Of a DNA stretch of 48,843 bases, positions 9,435 to 18,673 are shown piece after piece. The notes below the pieces were generated by a model. That model searched no databases, was not told the origin of the DNA, and saw only the letters and a program-made list of their open reading frames with translations. The stretch comes from an uncultured archaeon (GTDB taxonomy: Archaea > Thermoproteota > Bathyarchaeia > Bathyarchaeales > Bathycorpusculaceae). The stretch covers positions 1 to 48,843 of the forward strand of contig CAWENF010000015.1 of NCBI GenBank assembly GCA_963810275.1, in the 5' to 3' direction. Numbering within the stretch: position 1 is the stretch's first letter; each line of letters starts with the position of its first letter. The position numbers were made by a program, and so were the translations under genes.

Positions 9435-9722
9435 TTATGGAAAATGGTAAAGCAGTCTATCACCCAAAAACAGCTTAGATGAAGCGTTGCATACAAACGT
9501 TTGTCCCGTATACACGTCAAAGTCTGTGCTGTTGCCGCCTTGGAAAACCAACGTGAGAGTAGTATTCTGGGCGTTCCACTGCATAGTGTAGGATTTAGTA
9601 ATGCTGTTGACTTGCATGACGTTGGGATTAGTCAGGGGAGCAGTCATGTATGTTGCGGCGACGGCTCCGACGATTATGCCAGTCAAAAAGACCACTGCAA
9701 TCCAGATGTAGGCTTCTCTCAT
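9435..9722 (-). CDS. Small exported or membrane-anchored protein
   Basis: N-terminal hydrophobic helix, then a beta-rich polar domain with N-x-S/T sequons. Confidence 0.65.
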   Translation of the reverse strand: MREAYIWIAVVFLTGIIVGAVAATYMTAPLTNPNVMQVNSITKSYTMQWNAQNTTLTLVFQGGNSTDFDVYTGQTFVCNASSKLFLGDRLLYHFP

Positions 9723-9879
9723 GTTTTTCACGGCTCACATAGCAGATTTGGTTATGGCGTTTGGCTTTAAGACTCTTTCCCTAATTCCGATTTTAGGTTA
9801 GTTAAGATTTCTGGACTCAAACTTAGTCAAGAAATCTATAACAGAACTCTTTAATGCGTCTCCAAAACCATCTGATATC

Positions 9880-10417
9880 ATGAACGCTGCTGGGAAGAGT
9901 TTCATATTACTCCTTCTCTTCCCAGCGGCATTTCCCATGCTGGCAAGGATGGCGATATTACCCTTTTCTGATACAGCTGCAAGTACAATGCGATATGTCT
10001 CTATTTTTCCTTCTTATCGAGGAGGACCCCAAATAGTAAAGTGACGAAGACCATATCTGCGTTGAAGACGCAGTGGATTTTCAATTCAGCCTCTGGGGCA
10101 AATTGGCTATACGCTGGTGACGGCTACTAAAAGTTCGTCGGGCAAAGTAGTTGCTGAAACGATTTAGCTTCTTTGGCGGTTGGTGCAGTCGAGTCAGTGC
10201 AGCTTTCTGTCACTGCGCAACCACAAATGCAAATGGCACTTATTTTGCGTCAGCTTTGACAGATGGGCAGCAGGTGATTATCATAATAGGTAAAATATCC
10301 AGCCCTGGACTGAAGGCTAAGTTTGATTGGCAACTGGTTGCAATTGGGATTTCGGCAGTGATTTTTCTTGATTTGGTGGATGCACTTTTTGTTCATTACC
10401 GAAAGACAATGAGGTGA
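9880..10417 (+). pseudogene. Decayed surface-protein gene
   Basis: Signal-peptide-like start (MNAAGKSFILLLLFPAAF) and C-terminal anchor-like end (DWQLVAIGISAVIFL...HYRK), separated by stops. Confidence 0.4.
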
Positions 10418-10428
10418 GCGGCAAACGC

Positions 10429-10737
10429 CTAAATTACGAAGGTCTCCTGCACCGTAACTAACCCCTCGTCGCCGATGAGTCGCTTCAGCTCTGGTAACAG
10501 GTGCCCAAGTTTTTCCTGTGTGTCAACAACTTCTATGACAAGAGGCATGTTGACTGTTACGCCTTCAAGCTTCATCGTGGATTTGCCTCGTTTTCCGAAA
10601 CCGTCTACGCCTGTCCACACCGTTGCGCCTTCTACATGTGCGATCATGAGTGTGTCTATGATGACTTTTTCGAGGCGTTTTCCATCTACTTCGTCGTTAC
10701 GTTTAATTCTAATTAGAAGCTGCCACATCTTATTCAT
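10429..10737 (-). CDS. DUF190 (PII-like) protein
   Basis: GATVWTGVDGFG...PLVIEVVD...GLVTVQE; ATGA overlap with crcB. Confidence 0.9.
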   Translation of the reverse strand: MNKMWQLLIRIKRNDEVDGKRLEKVIIDTLMIAHVEGATVWTGVDGFGKRGKSTMKLEGVTVNMPLVIEVVDTQEKLGHLLPELKRLIGDEGLVTVQETFVI

Positions 10738-11123
10738 CCAATAATCCTCTCCATTACCACGTTGCCTAACACTCTACCGCCTATTACGGCTCCAAGCGAT
10801 AAGCCTACGTTCGCTAGAATGTTTAGTGCCATTAGCATTAATTGGTTTCTTTCCATCAGATTTGTGGTTTCCAGTGCGAACGAGGACATTGTTGTTAGGG
10901 AGCCGCAGAAGCCCACTGCGATTAGCAGGGAGTATTGGGGGTTAACGTTTAAGCCCACTGCCAACACGGAGAATAAGCCTAAGATGAAGCTGCCTGCAAT
11001 GTTGACTGCCAGTACGTTTATGGGTAACCCGTAAAAAGTCATCGGCGCCTCGACAAGCTTGTATCGTAAGAGGGCTCCGACTACTGCGCCTACCACCAAG
11101 ATACCGAATTCTATCCACTTCAC
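10734..11123 (-). CDS. crcB: Fluoride channel Fluc/CrcB
   Basis: GALLRY, NIAGSFILG and GFCGSLTTMSSF signature. Start reassigned to GTG (MKWIEF) because the longer ORF lies inside the riboswitch. Confidence 0.95.
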   Translation of the reverse strand: MKWIEFGILVVGAVVGALLRYKLVEAPMTFYGLPINVLAVNIAGSFILGLFSVLAVGLNVNPQYSLLIAVGFCGSLTTMSSFALETTNLMERNQLMLMALNILANVGLSLGAVIGGRVLGNVVMERIIG

Positions 11124-11144
11124 GTTTTGCACATCCAGCTTTGG

Positions 11145-11208
11145 GGTAGGCATTATTAGCATCTAAGGGGCTGCGGTTTAGGCTAATGCCAAGGCTAATG
11201 CCATAGCC
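11145..11208 (-). promoter_or_regulatory. Fluoride (crcB) riboswitch
   Basis: Minus strand reads GGCTATGGCATTAGCC...TAAACCGC...GCTAATAATGCCTAC: P1 GGCTA/TAGCC and pseudoknot GGCAT/ATGCC, directly 5' of crcB. Confidence 0.85.
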
Positions 11209-11665
11209 GTCTTTTTTTGAACTGCTTTATTCTATTAAGAGTTTTCGTAAAAGATTGTTCAGTCATGTCCGTTTTGCATTTTATATATGTACGATTAGTG
11301 TTTTAGAAATCAAATTTGCTTTGAATTCGACTCATTGGTGGACAGTGAAAATTGTTTTGTCATAACAGTTTGTTGTTATATGGTTTTTTATTAATTTAAA
11401 CTATTAAAAATGACGTAGCTTGGATAGCTAAATCGGAAAGCGCCTCGACTTTACACTGATCGTTGGCGGATGGGGCTGGTTAGGCTTCGGTTACACTCAT
11501 ATAATGCTCTATCGTTAGTCGCTTATTTTTTCTCCTTAAGTCGGCCGAAGCCTCGGCATACCCCAGAAAAAAGCCAGTTACGTTCAGTGCAAGCCCTTAG
11601 CTTATATTTCCAGAAATAGGCTAATCCTATATATTACTACTTTAATAATTGAAGCGGCAAGCGAT

Positions 11666-12595
11666 ATGGCTTCTCAGACTTTTGATGTAACAGTGGCGGG
11701 GCATTTCTCAGTCGACACTTTAATTTTGCCTACCCGAACATCCCCCTTCAAAATCTTGGGGGGACCAGCAGCCTATGCCTCGTTTGCTGCTAAACGCCTC
11801 GACGCCCAAGTTAGCGTAGTCAGCAAAGTCGGCGCCGATTTCCCGCAAGCTTACTTGTGGTTACTGGAGCAGGAAGGCATCAACTTAGAAAACGTGGCCC
11901 GCCACCCCGACGAGATAACAACTTGCTTTGAACTCACATACACAACTGACTTTGAAGATCGCACACTAAAAATCAAAAGCAAAGGCCCACCCCTCACACT
12001 AAACGATTTGCCCAAAGATTTCCACGCTAAAGCCCTGCATATAGCGCCAATAGCCAACGAAATCACCCTCGAAGTCGCCGAGGAACTCAAAAAGTATGCC
12101 GAATGCCTCTGTGTAGATCCTCAGGGATTGGTGCGCAGCTTTGACTCGTCAGGCAACGTAAGCGAAACAGCTGTTGTGGACACCCAAATTTTTGGATTAA
12201 TCGACATTTTCAAGTCGTCGCTGGCTGAAATTTATCGTTTGACAGGTGAATCGGAGCTTAAACCCGCCATCAGAGCCATCCACGACGTCGGAGTGGAAAC
12301 TGTTGTTGTAACGATGGGCGTTAGAGGCTCCGTGCTGTCTGTTGGGGGTGCATTTTACAGCATTGATCCTTGCCCCTCGCAAGTGTTGGTTGACCCAACA
12401 GGTGCTGGCGACGTTTTCATAGGTAGCTTCCTTGCCGAGTATGTTCGCGGTAAAGAGATTTTGTGGTGTGCCGCTGTGGGTTCTGCTGCTGCCTCTATAG
12501 TGGTGGAAGGTCTAGGGTCTACCTACTTTGGCAGCAAAGACGATGTTTATCGTAGAGCCCAAGTTTTGTACGAAAAAGAACTTAAGCAAAGGTAG
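11666..12595 (+). CDS. PfkB/ribokinase-family carbohydrate kinase
   Basis: GGPAAY, VG.DF, DPQG and the DPTGAGDVF signature. Confidence 0.92.
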   Translation: MASQTFDVTVAGHFSVDTLILPTRTSPFKILGGPAAYASFAAKRLDAQVSVVSKVGADFPQAYLWLLEQEGINLENVARHPDEITTCFELTYTTDFEDRTLKIKSKGPPLTLNDLPKDFHAKALHIAPIANEITLEVAEELKKYAECLCVDPQGLVRSFDSSGNVSETAVVDTQIFGLIDIFKSSLAEIYRLTGESELKPAIRAIHDVGVETVVVTMGVRGSVLSVGGAFYSIDPCPSQVLVDPTGAGDVFIGSFLAEYVRGKEILWCAAVGSAAASIVVEGLGSTYFGSKDDVYRRAQVLYEKELKQR

Positions 12596-12636
12596 AATAA
12601 TACCGTTAGCAAAAAACATACATGAGCGTGACTTGT

Positions 12637-12834
12637 TTGGGGCGCATCGAAAAAGGCGAAAAATGCACTGTCTGCGGTAAAGAAGCTATTCGTTCCCTTC
12701 CAGTTGACAAAGTGAAAGCTGCCGGTATGAACGGCGGTAACGATAAACGTGCGTATCTTTGTAAAGATCACTACAAAGAGTACAAGAAAAAGACCAAGAA
12801 AGACAAGCAGCTTGACAAGTGGCGTTACGGTTAA
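12637..12834 (+). CDS. Small basic zinc-binding protein
   Basis: CTVC...YLCKDHYKEYKK. TTG (MGRIEKG) follows GTGA; ATG at 12622 is the alternative start. Directly upstream of thrS. Confidence 0.8.
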   Translation: MGRIEKGEKCTVCGKEAIRSLPVDKVKAAGMNGGNDKRAYLCKDHYKEYKKKTKKDKQLDKWRYG

Positions 12835-12849
12835 GAGGCGAACAGTTCC

Positions 12850-14760
12850 ATGCGTATTCTTCAACTACACTCCAACTTTATAGTTTTCAAACCTGTCGAG
12901 AAAGAAATTAACATAGCCGAAGAAGCACAAAAGGAAGAAACCCGTGTCGAAGAAGTCGTAGTGTTATTTACTGCGGTTGAACAAAGCGACAACTCGGCGT
13001 TGGCGCAGAAGGCCATTGACGACGCTCGGGCTTTTTTGGGCAAAATGAAAGTTAATCGTATCCTCATCTACCCCTTTGCCCATCTGAGCAGTAACCTGTC
13101 TCAGCCTTCCCAGGCACTCAAAGTCATACAGGACATGGAAGCTTATGCCAAACAAAAAGGCATAGAAACCTTCCGTGCTCCGTTTGGATGGAACAAACAA
13201 TTTACCATATCTATCAAAGGGCACCCGCTTGCTGAAATGGCGCGCAGCTACACGACAGCTCCAGAGCAAGCCGCACCCTCAGCTGAAACAGCGCCTGTTT
13301 GTGAGGGCAAAAAAGAAGAGGAGCCCGTCTCGGCAGCGCTTAAAGCCGAAGATACCATGAAATCTTACTGGCACATACTGCAAACCGATGGCTCTCTTGT
13401 CCCTGTGGAGGGATTTAAATTCAAAGGGCACTGTAACCTGCAGAAGTTCTGCAACTATGAAATTAAAAAAACCCGTGCAGTAACCCAGATGCCTCCACAT
13501 GTTCCGTTGATGAAGCGACTTGAAATAGCAGACTACGAACCAGGAAGCGACCCTGGAAACGTCCGTTGGTACCCTAAAGGACGCATGATAAAATCTCTGC
13601 TTGAACAGTACGTCAATGCCCGCGTGGCGGAGTACGGCGGTATGGAAGTCGAAACTCCCATAATGTACGATTTCAACCACCCAAGCCTAAGCAGCTACCT
13701 CAACCGGTTTCCCGCCCGACAGTACATCCTCAAGTCCGAAGACAAAGAACTCTTTCTCAGATTCGCAGCATGCTTCGGGCAGTTCCTCATGGCGCATGAC
13801 GCACAGTTTAGCTACAAGCAGATGCCCCTTAAACTCTATGAACTCACCCGTTACAGCTTCCGAAGAGAGAAAAGCGGCGAAGTCGTCGGGCTTAAGCGCC
13901 TGCGTGCATTTACCATGCCTGATTGCCATGCTTTCTGCGTTGACCTTGAACAGGCAAAACAGGAGTTCATGGTGCGCTTTGACCTCTGCATAAGTGTTCT
14001 TGACAACATAGGCTTGGTGAAAGACGACTACGAAATTGCCATGCGTTTTACTAAAGACTTCTACGCAGAGAACAAAGATTTTATCACTGCATTAGTGCAG
14101 AAATTCGATAAACCCATCTTAGCTGAAGTATGGAACGAACGCTTCTTCTACTTTGCCCTCAAATGGGACCTAAACTTTGTGGACAACCAAGACAAAGCCG
14201 CCGCACTCAGTACAGACCAAATCGATGTGGAAAACGCTAAACGCTACGGCATCCAATACGTGGATGACAAAGGCGAAAAACAGTACCCACTGATTCTGCA
14301 TTGTAGCCCAAGCGGAGCAATCGAACGTGACATCTATGCATTGCTTGAGAAGGCTTACTGTGAGCAGATGAAGGGAAACGCGCCTATGTTGCCGCTGTGG
14401 CTTTCGCCTACGCAGGTGCGCTTGATTCCGATTTCGGACAAGTTCCTTGATAAAGTAGCAGAGTTAGCCCAGCAAATTTCAGTGCACGGCATCCGCGTTG
14501 ATATTGACGATTCGTCTTCTACGTTGCAGAAGCGGATTCGCGGGGCAGAGCAGGAGTGGGTGCCCTACATTATTGTGGTGGGGGAGAAAGAAATTGAGTC
14601 CGGCACTTTGTCGGTGCGTGTGCGGGAGTTGAAGGGCAAACAAGAAGCCTTAACCGCTGAGCGACTCATTGAAAAAGTCTCTGAGAAAATCGCTGGCAAA
14701 CCTTTCAAGCCTTTGCCGCTTCCGATGTTGCTGTCGAAGCGTCCGCAGTTCCACGGTTAA
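12850..14760 (+). CDS. thrS: Threonyl-tRNA synthetase (archaeal type with N-terminal editing domain)
   Basis: MRILQLH...YPFAHLS editing domain, LRFAACFG, FRRE, MPDCH, LHCSPSG, anticodon-binding domain. Confidence 0.97.
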   Translation: MRILQLHSNFIVFKPVEKEINIAEEAQKEETRVEEVVVLFTAVEQSDNSALAQKAIDDARAFLGKMKVNRILIYPFAHLSSNLSQPSQALKVIQDMEAYAKQKGIETFRAPFGWNKQFTISIKGHPLAEMARSYTTAPEQAAPSAETAPVCEGKKEEEPVSAALKAEDTMKSYWHILQTDGSLVPVEGFKFKGHCNLQKFCNYEIKKTRAVTQMPPHVPLMKRLEIADYEPGSDPGNVRWYPKGRMIKSLLEQYVNARVAEYGGMEVETPIMYDFNHPSLSSYLNRFPARQYILKSEDKELFLRFAACFGQFLMAHDAQFSYKQMPLKLYELTRYSFRREKSGEVVGLKRLRAFTMPDCHAFCVDLEQAKQEFMVRFDLCISVLDNIGLVKDDYEIAMRFTKDFYAENKDFITALVQKFDKPILAEVWNERFFYFALKWDLNFVDNQDKAAALSTDQIDVENAKRYGIQYVDDKGEKQYPLILHCSPSGAIERDIYALLEKAYCEQMKGNAPMLPLWLSPTQVRLIPISDKFLDKVAELAQQISVHGIRVDIDDSSSTLQKRIRGAEQEWVPYIIVVGEKEIESGTLSVRVRELKGKQEALTAERLIEKVSEKIAGKPFKPLPLPMLLSKRPQFHG

Positions 14761-14853
14761 TAAAAGCGTTGTATAGGATTCGTATGTTTCACTGTGGGAA
14801 TCTATAACTATAATTTGACAATATGAAAAAGCAATCCAAGAGGTAATAAACAG

Positions 14854-15738
14854 ATGACTAACGAACTGCAAATATACATAGACGGCAAATACTACCCCAA
14901 ATCCGAAGCGAAAATTTCCGTCTATGATCACGGGTTCCTCTATGGCGACGGTGTCTTCGAAGGAATTCGCGCCTACAAAGGCGTCGTGTTCAAACTAAAC
15001 GAACACGTTGACCGCCTTTACCGCTCAGCGCATGCTCTGATGTTAACAATCCCATTGTCCAAAGAAGAAATGGTAAACGCCATCCTTGAAACCCTGCGCA
15101 AAAACGGTATGCAGGATAGCTACATCCGCTTAATCGTCACCAGAGGCATCGGCGACCTCGGCTTAGACCCCCGCAAATGCCCCAACCCCAGCGTTATAGT
15201 AATCACAGACACCATAAACATCCGCTCAGGAAACGCCAAAGAAGTTGGCGTAACCGCAGTCTTTACATGGGTTCGACGCAATCCAGTGGACGCCACCACG
15301 CATGAAATCAAATCGCTCAATTACCTCAACAGTGTGTTGGGCAAAATCGAGGCGAACGCTTGCGGTGCAGATGAAGCTATTTGCCTTGAACCTGGGGGAA
15401 CTGTTGCAGAGGGCGTTGGCGAAAACCTATTCATCGTCAAAGACAGCGTTGTTCTTACTCCGCCTACTAGCACGGGCGCATTGGAAGGCATAACATCAGC
15501 CGCTATCATCCAGCTTTGTGGTAAGCTGGGCATTAAAGTAAATGTCACAAACCTTACGCCATTCATGATATTCACTGCTGACGAAGCTTTCTTCACGGGC
15601 AGCGCCATGGAAGTTGTCCCCATCCGAGAAGTCAACAAGCGGATAATAGGAGACGGCAAACCCGGTGCCGTCACCAAAAAACTGATAACTGAGTTCCAAT
15701 CGGTAATCACTGATCCCAAAAACGGGGTTAAACTCTAA
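14854..15738 (+). CDS. ilvE: Branched-chain amino acid aminotransferase
   Basis: DHGFLYGDGVFEGIR, KSLNYLN, EG.GEN.F, LEGIT, ADEAFFTG. Confidence 0.95.
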   Translation: MTNELQIYIDGKYYPKSEAKISVYDHGFLYGDGVFEGIRAYKGVVFKLNEHVDRLYRSAHALMLTIPLSKEEMVNAILETLRKNGMQDSYIRLIVTRGIGDLGLDPRKCPNPSVIVITDTINIRSGNAKEVGVTAVFTWVRRNPVDATTHEIKSLNYLNSVLGKIEANACGADEAICLEPGGTVAEGVGENLFIVKDSVVLTPPTSTGALEGITSAAIIQLCGKLGIKVNVTNLTPFMIFTADEAFFTGSAMEVVPIREVNKRIIGDGKPGAVTKKLITEFQSVITDPKNGVKL

Positions 15739-16007
15739 TTTTCCCTTCTTTCATTTTATTTTAGTCAAAAAATTTTAGTCATGACCTCAGCTTTATTGTT
15801 GCTTCGCTGAAATGCTTTTCGACTATTGCATTGTTCTAGACCCACAACCTTGTCTCTTCAACATGTAGCTATGTTAGTGTGTGCAAGAAAACTCGGCTGC
15901 TACCCGCGTTAAACGCTGAAAAACAGCTGAAGCCAAAAGCAGCCGTATTCAACTGCTATCTTGTGGTCGTAAAACTGCCACACCAACATAAAGAAGAAAA
16001 AGGGGGT

Positions 16008-17230
16008 TTAGCCCTTGCCAACGTGGTCTTTGCCGTTCTTCATGAAAACTTCCATCGCACTGTACGCTTTCTCCAGTTCACTCACAGGCGGCAGAAACAC
16101 GATGCGCGCATGGTCTTTTCCGTAAACTGAGTCAAAGCCGCTGCCATTAACGATTAACACACCCGTTGATTTGAGCAGTTCAGTAACAAACTTCAAGTCG
16201 TTCTTCCACCTTTTACCGATCCCCTCGATTTTGGGAAAAATGTAAAAAGCACCTTCAGGTTTGGTTGTTGATACGCCTTCGATTTCGTTTAAGCGTTTAT
16301 AACTGAAATCACGTCGCTCTTTAAGACGCTCAACAATGTCCTTCACAAAGTCCTGCGTCCCGTTAAGCGCTGCGGTTGCTGCAATTTGCACGGGAGTGTT
16401 TGCACAAATGCGTATTCTGCATTGTTTCTCTACGCCCTCTTTTAGTGCGTCGAGTTTGTGTCCTTCGCCCTTGAAGTACATGTAGCCCAGACGCCAGCCA
16501 GTCATCTGGTAAACTTTGCTAAAGCCGTTTAAGCCCCACGACGGGGACGTCTTTGGTTACTTCAGCTGCGCTGACAAAGGGCTTCTCATAGGTGAGTTGG
16601 TCGTAGATTTCGTCGCTAAACACGGGTAGGTTATGTTCGCCTGCGATGTCAAGTATGCCTTTGATGGTTTTGCGGTCGTACACTGCGCCTGTGGGGTTGT
16701 TGGGGTTTATGATGACGATGGCGCGTGTGCGTTCTGTGATCTTGCTGCGGAGGTCATCTATGTTTGGTTGCCAGCCTTCCTCTTCGATGGTTTCATACGA
16801 GACTGGGGTGCCGTCGAAGAATTTGGTGTAGCTGCTATACGGCGAGTAGGTGGGGCCGGGGAAGAGAATTTCGTCGCCACGCTCCACTGTGGCGCCCATT
16901 AGCATCTCGATGCCCTCGGATATGCCTTCGGTGACGAGCACGTCGTCGGCTGTGATGTCGACGTTGTTGACTTTCTTTTCTTTGTTCGCCACTGCCTGCC
17001 TCAATTCGGGCAGTCCCTCAGATGGGCTGTAATAATTGTCTTCTTTAGCTATAGCGTTGCACAATGCTTCTTTTAGGCTATCCGGCGTTTTGAAGTCAAA
17101 CGCTGCGGGGTCTCCGATGTTTAGATAATAGATTTTCTTGCCGTTTCGGATAAGGTCTTTTGTGTGGACTATGACGTCGCGTATGGCGTACTCTATTTCG
17201 CTTGCGCGCTTTAGTTACTTTGATGGGCAC
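16008..17230 (-). CDS. Class I/II PLP aminotransferase (alanine-aminotransferase-like), with two apparent +1 frameshifts
   Basis: GTG after GGTGA. IEYAIRD, LNIGDP, NPNNPTG, SDEIY and GFSKVYQMTGWRLGY join up if one A is removed at about 17211 and one at about 16529. Confidence 0.88.
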
Positions 17231-17373
17231 TGCCTCGTCACCTGTACTCAAACAGTCACACTGCGCTTAAAAATAAACGTTCCCCACCTGTGCGGCGTCA
17301 AACTTGGTGGGGTCGCCTCAATATGGCTACAAAAAATTTTGTTTAGAATGGGGTTGTGAAGAGAAAAAAGGGG

Positions 17374-17852
17374 TTAGAGGGGCTGGTTTTGGGGGTTGGG
17401 TTTTCTTTTTTTCGCTTTTGATTTTCTTGCTTAGCCAAATGCCTTCCGCCAAGAACAGCACTGTAGCCATCGCTGTGGGGAATATGAGGTAGTAGAGGGC
17501 GACGCTGGGTGCTTGACCCTGAGTTTCCAGCGATACGCTAGGACGCCTAATTCAACGATGAGGATGCCCGTGAAAAAGAAAGAGTAAAAGATGAGGCGGG
17601 GCACAAGGGTTCTGCCGACCCCAGAGGTGTCCGGTCACGTTCACTTTCTCTTTAACTGTGTATTCGCCGTATTCGGTTCTGGATAGCAAGCCTAAGCCTG
17701 AGTTTCTGTAGGTGCCAGTGTGCCACGTTGGGGCTGGTTAAGCCGGTGGCGTGCATGACTTCTCTTGGCCCGACGGATTTGCCTTCTTTGACGACATAGG
17801 CGTACACGTTTAGGCTGGTGCCTTCAAGCTGCTCAGCGTTTACGTTGGTCAC
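17374..17852 (-). CDS. Membrane-tethered winged-helix regulator (wHTH + 2 TM), with several frameshifts
   Basis: VYAYVVKEGKSVGPREVM...HWHLQKL continues in other frames as GLLSRTEYGEYTVKEK, PRLIFYSFFFTGILIVELGVL and VLFLAEGIWL. The end coordinate is approximate. Confidence 0.65.
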
Positions 17853-17855
17853 GGC

Positions 17856-18476
17856 TTAGCCCTCGGCGCAACTGTCACGTCATAGCATGAGTTGCCTGCT
17901 TGGAAAGTTTGGCCTTCACCTAGAATGGCGTTGTAGACATATCCGTTTGCAGTGATAGTTAACTGCAGGTCTTTTATTTGGGCGGCGGTTGAGGCGGTAT
18001 TGCAGAATGTTCCGTTGACTGGCTGGTTGGTTATGTAGTTTGAGGCTGAAGCGTAAATTTGCAGGTTCCCTGTTTTAGCGCTGCGATGCCGTTGCTCGGT
18101 GGGCTTTGTGGTGTCGTTATGATGAATGGCTAAGTATGGTTAAAGACGATTAGTCGCGATTCATGTGGCGCAAAGATGTTGTTGAACTGTTGGCTTCCGT
18201 AGTCCCATGGGAACCAGAAGACTTTTCGGCAGTAGTCCCAGTCATCAAGTTGGCAAATTGGTTACTGGTCCAACAGTGGCGTTCATGTTTCCGTATGGCT
18301 GCTCTGCGAATGTTAACACTTCATTTACGAGCATATTTGATACCGTTGTCATCGGCTGCGTCTGGTCAACCGTTACTTTTCCTGTCACGTCGCGTAATAA
18401 GCATAGGCGGAGCGTAAGCAAATCCGATGCCTAAAGCTAAAGCTGCAACTAACACAAGCGTTAAGCTTTTCTTCAT
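17856..18476 (-). CDS. Secreted protein, frameshifted (sequence errors or pseudogene)
   Basis: GGTGA SD, signal peptide MKKSLTLVLVAALALGIGFAYA. The final frame (LQIYASASNY...NGYVYNAILG...VTVAPRA) stops 3 nt before the wHTH gene. Confidence 0.55.
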
Positions 18477-18531
18477 TTTTTCACCTGACTGCTCTAACAC
18501 TCTAACACCGAAACCGCCTTTAGCTCTATTC

Positions 18532-18562
18532 GCCGAACACTTCCGTTCGGCTGCCCGAACAC
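18532..18562. promoter_or_regulatory. Putative operator CGAAC-N6-GTTCG-N6-CGAAC
   Basis: Three half-sites at 18534, 18545 and 18556 with an 11-bp period, upstream of the secreted protein/wHTH pair. Confidence 0.5.
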
Positions 18563-18673
18563 CTTGCTTTAACCATCAAAAACCGCCGTTATGCGCTTCG
18601 TGGATATACAGTTTTATTTTAGCAGCAAGTGCCAAGTTTGAAAAAGAAAATGGGTAAAAAAGCCCTTCTGCGC

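Noticed and set aside
11124-11162. N-terminal extension of CrcB (MLIMPTPKL)
   Set aside because: It runs into the riboswitch aptamer. GTG at 11123 fits the family length better.
11418-11463. tRNA-5'-half-like sequence GCTTGGATAGCTAAATCGGAAAGCGCCTCGACTTTACA, with an apparent TTA anticodon
   Set aside because: No matching acceptor 3' strand, T arm or clean anticodon stem. At most a decayed fragment, with no support for a suppressor or split tRNA.
18492-18508. Tandem CTCTAACA repeat
   Set aside because: Only two 8-nt units, in an error-prone region.
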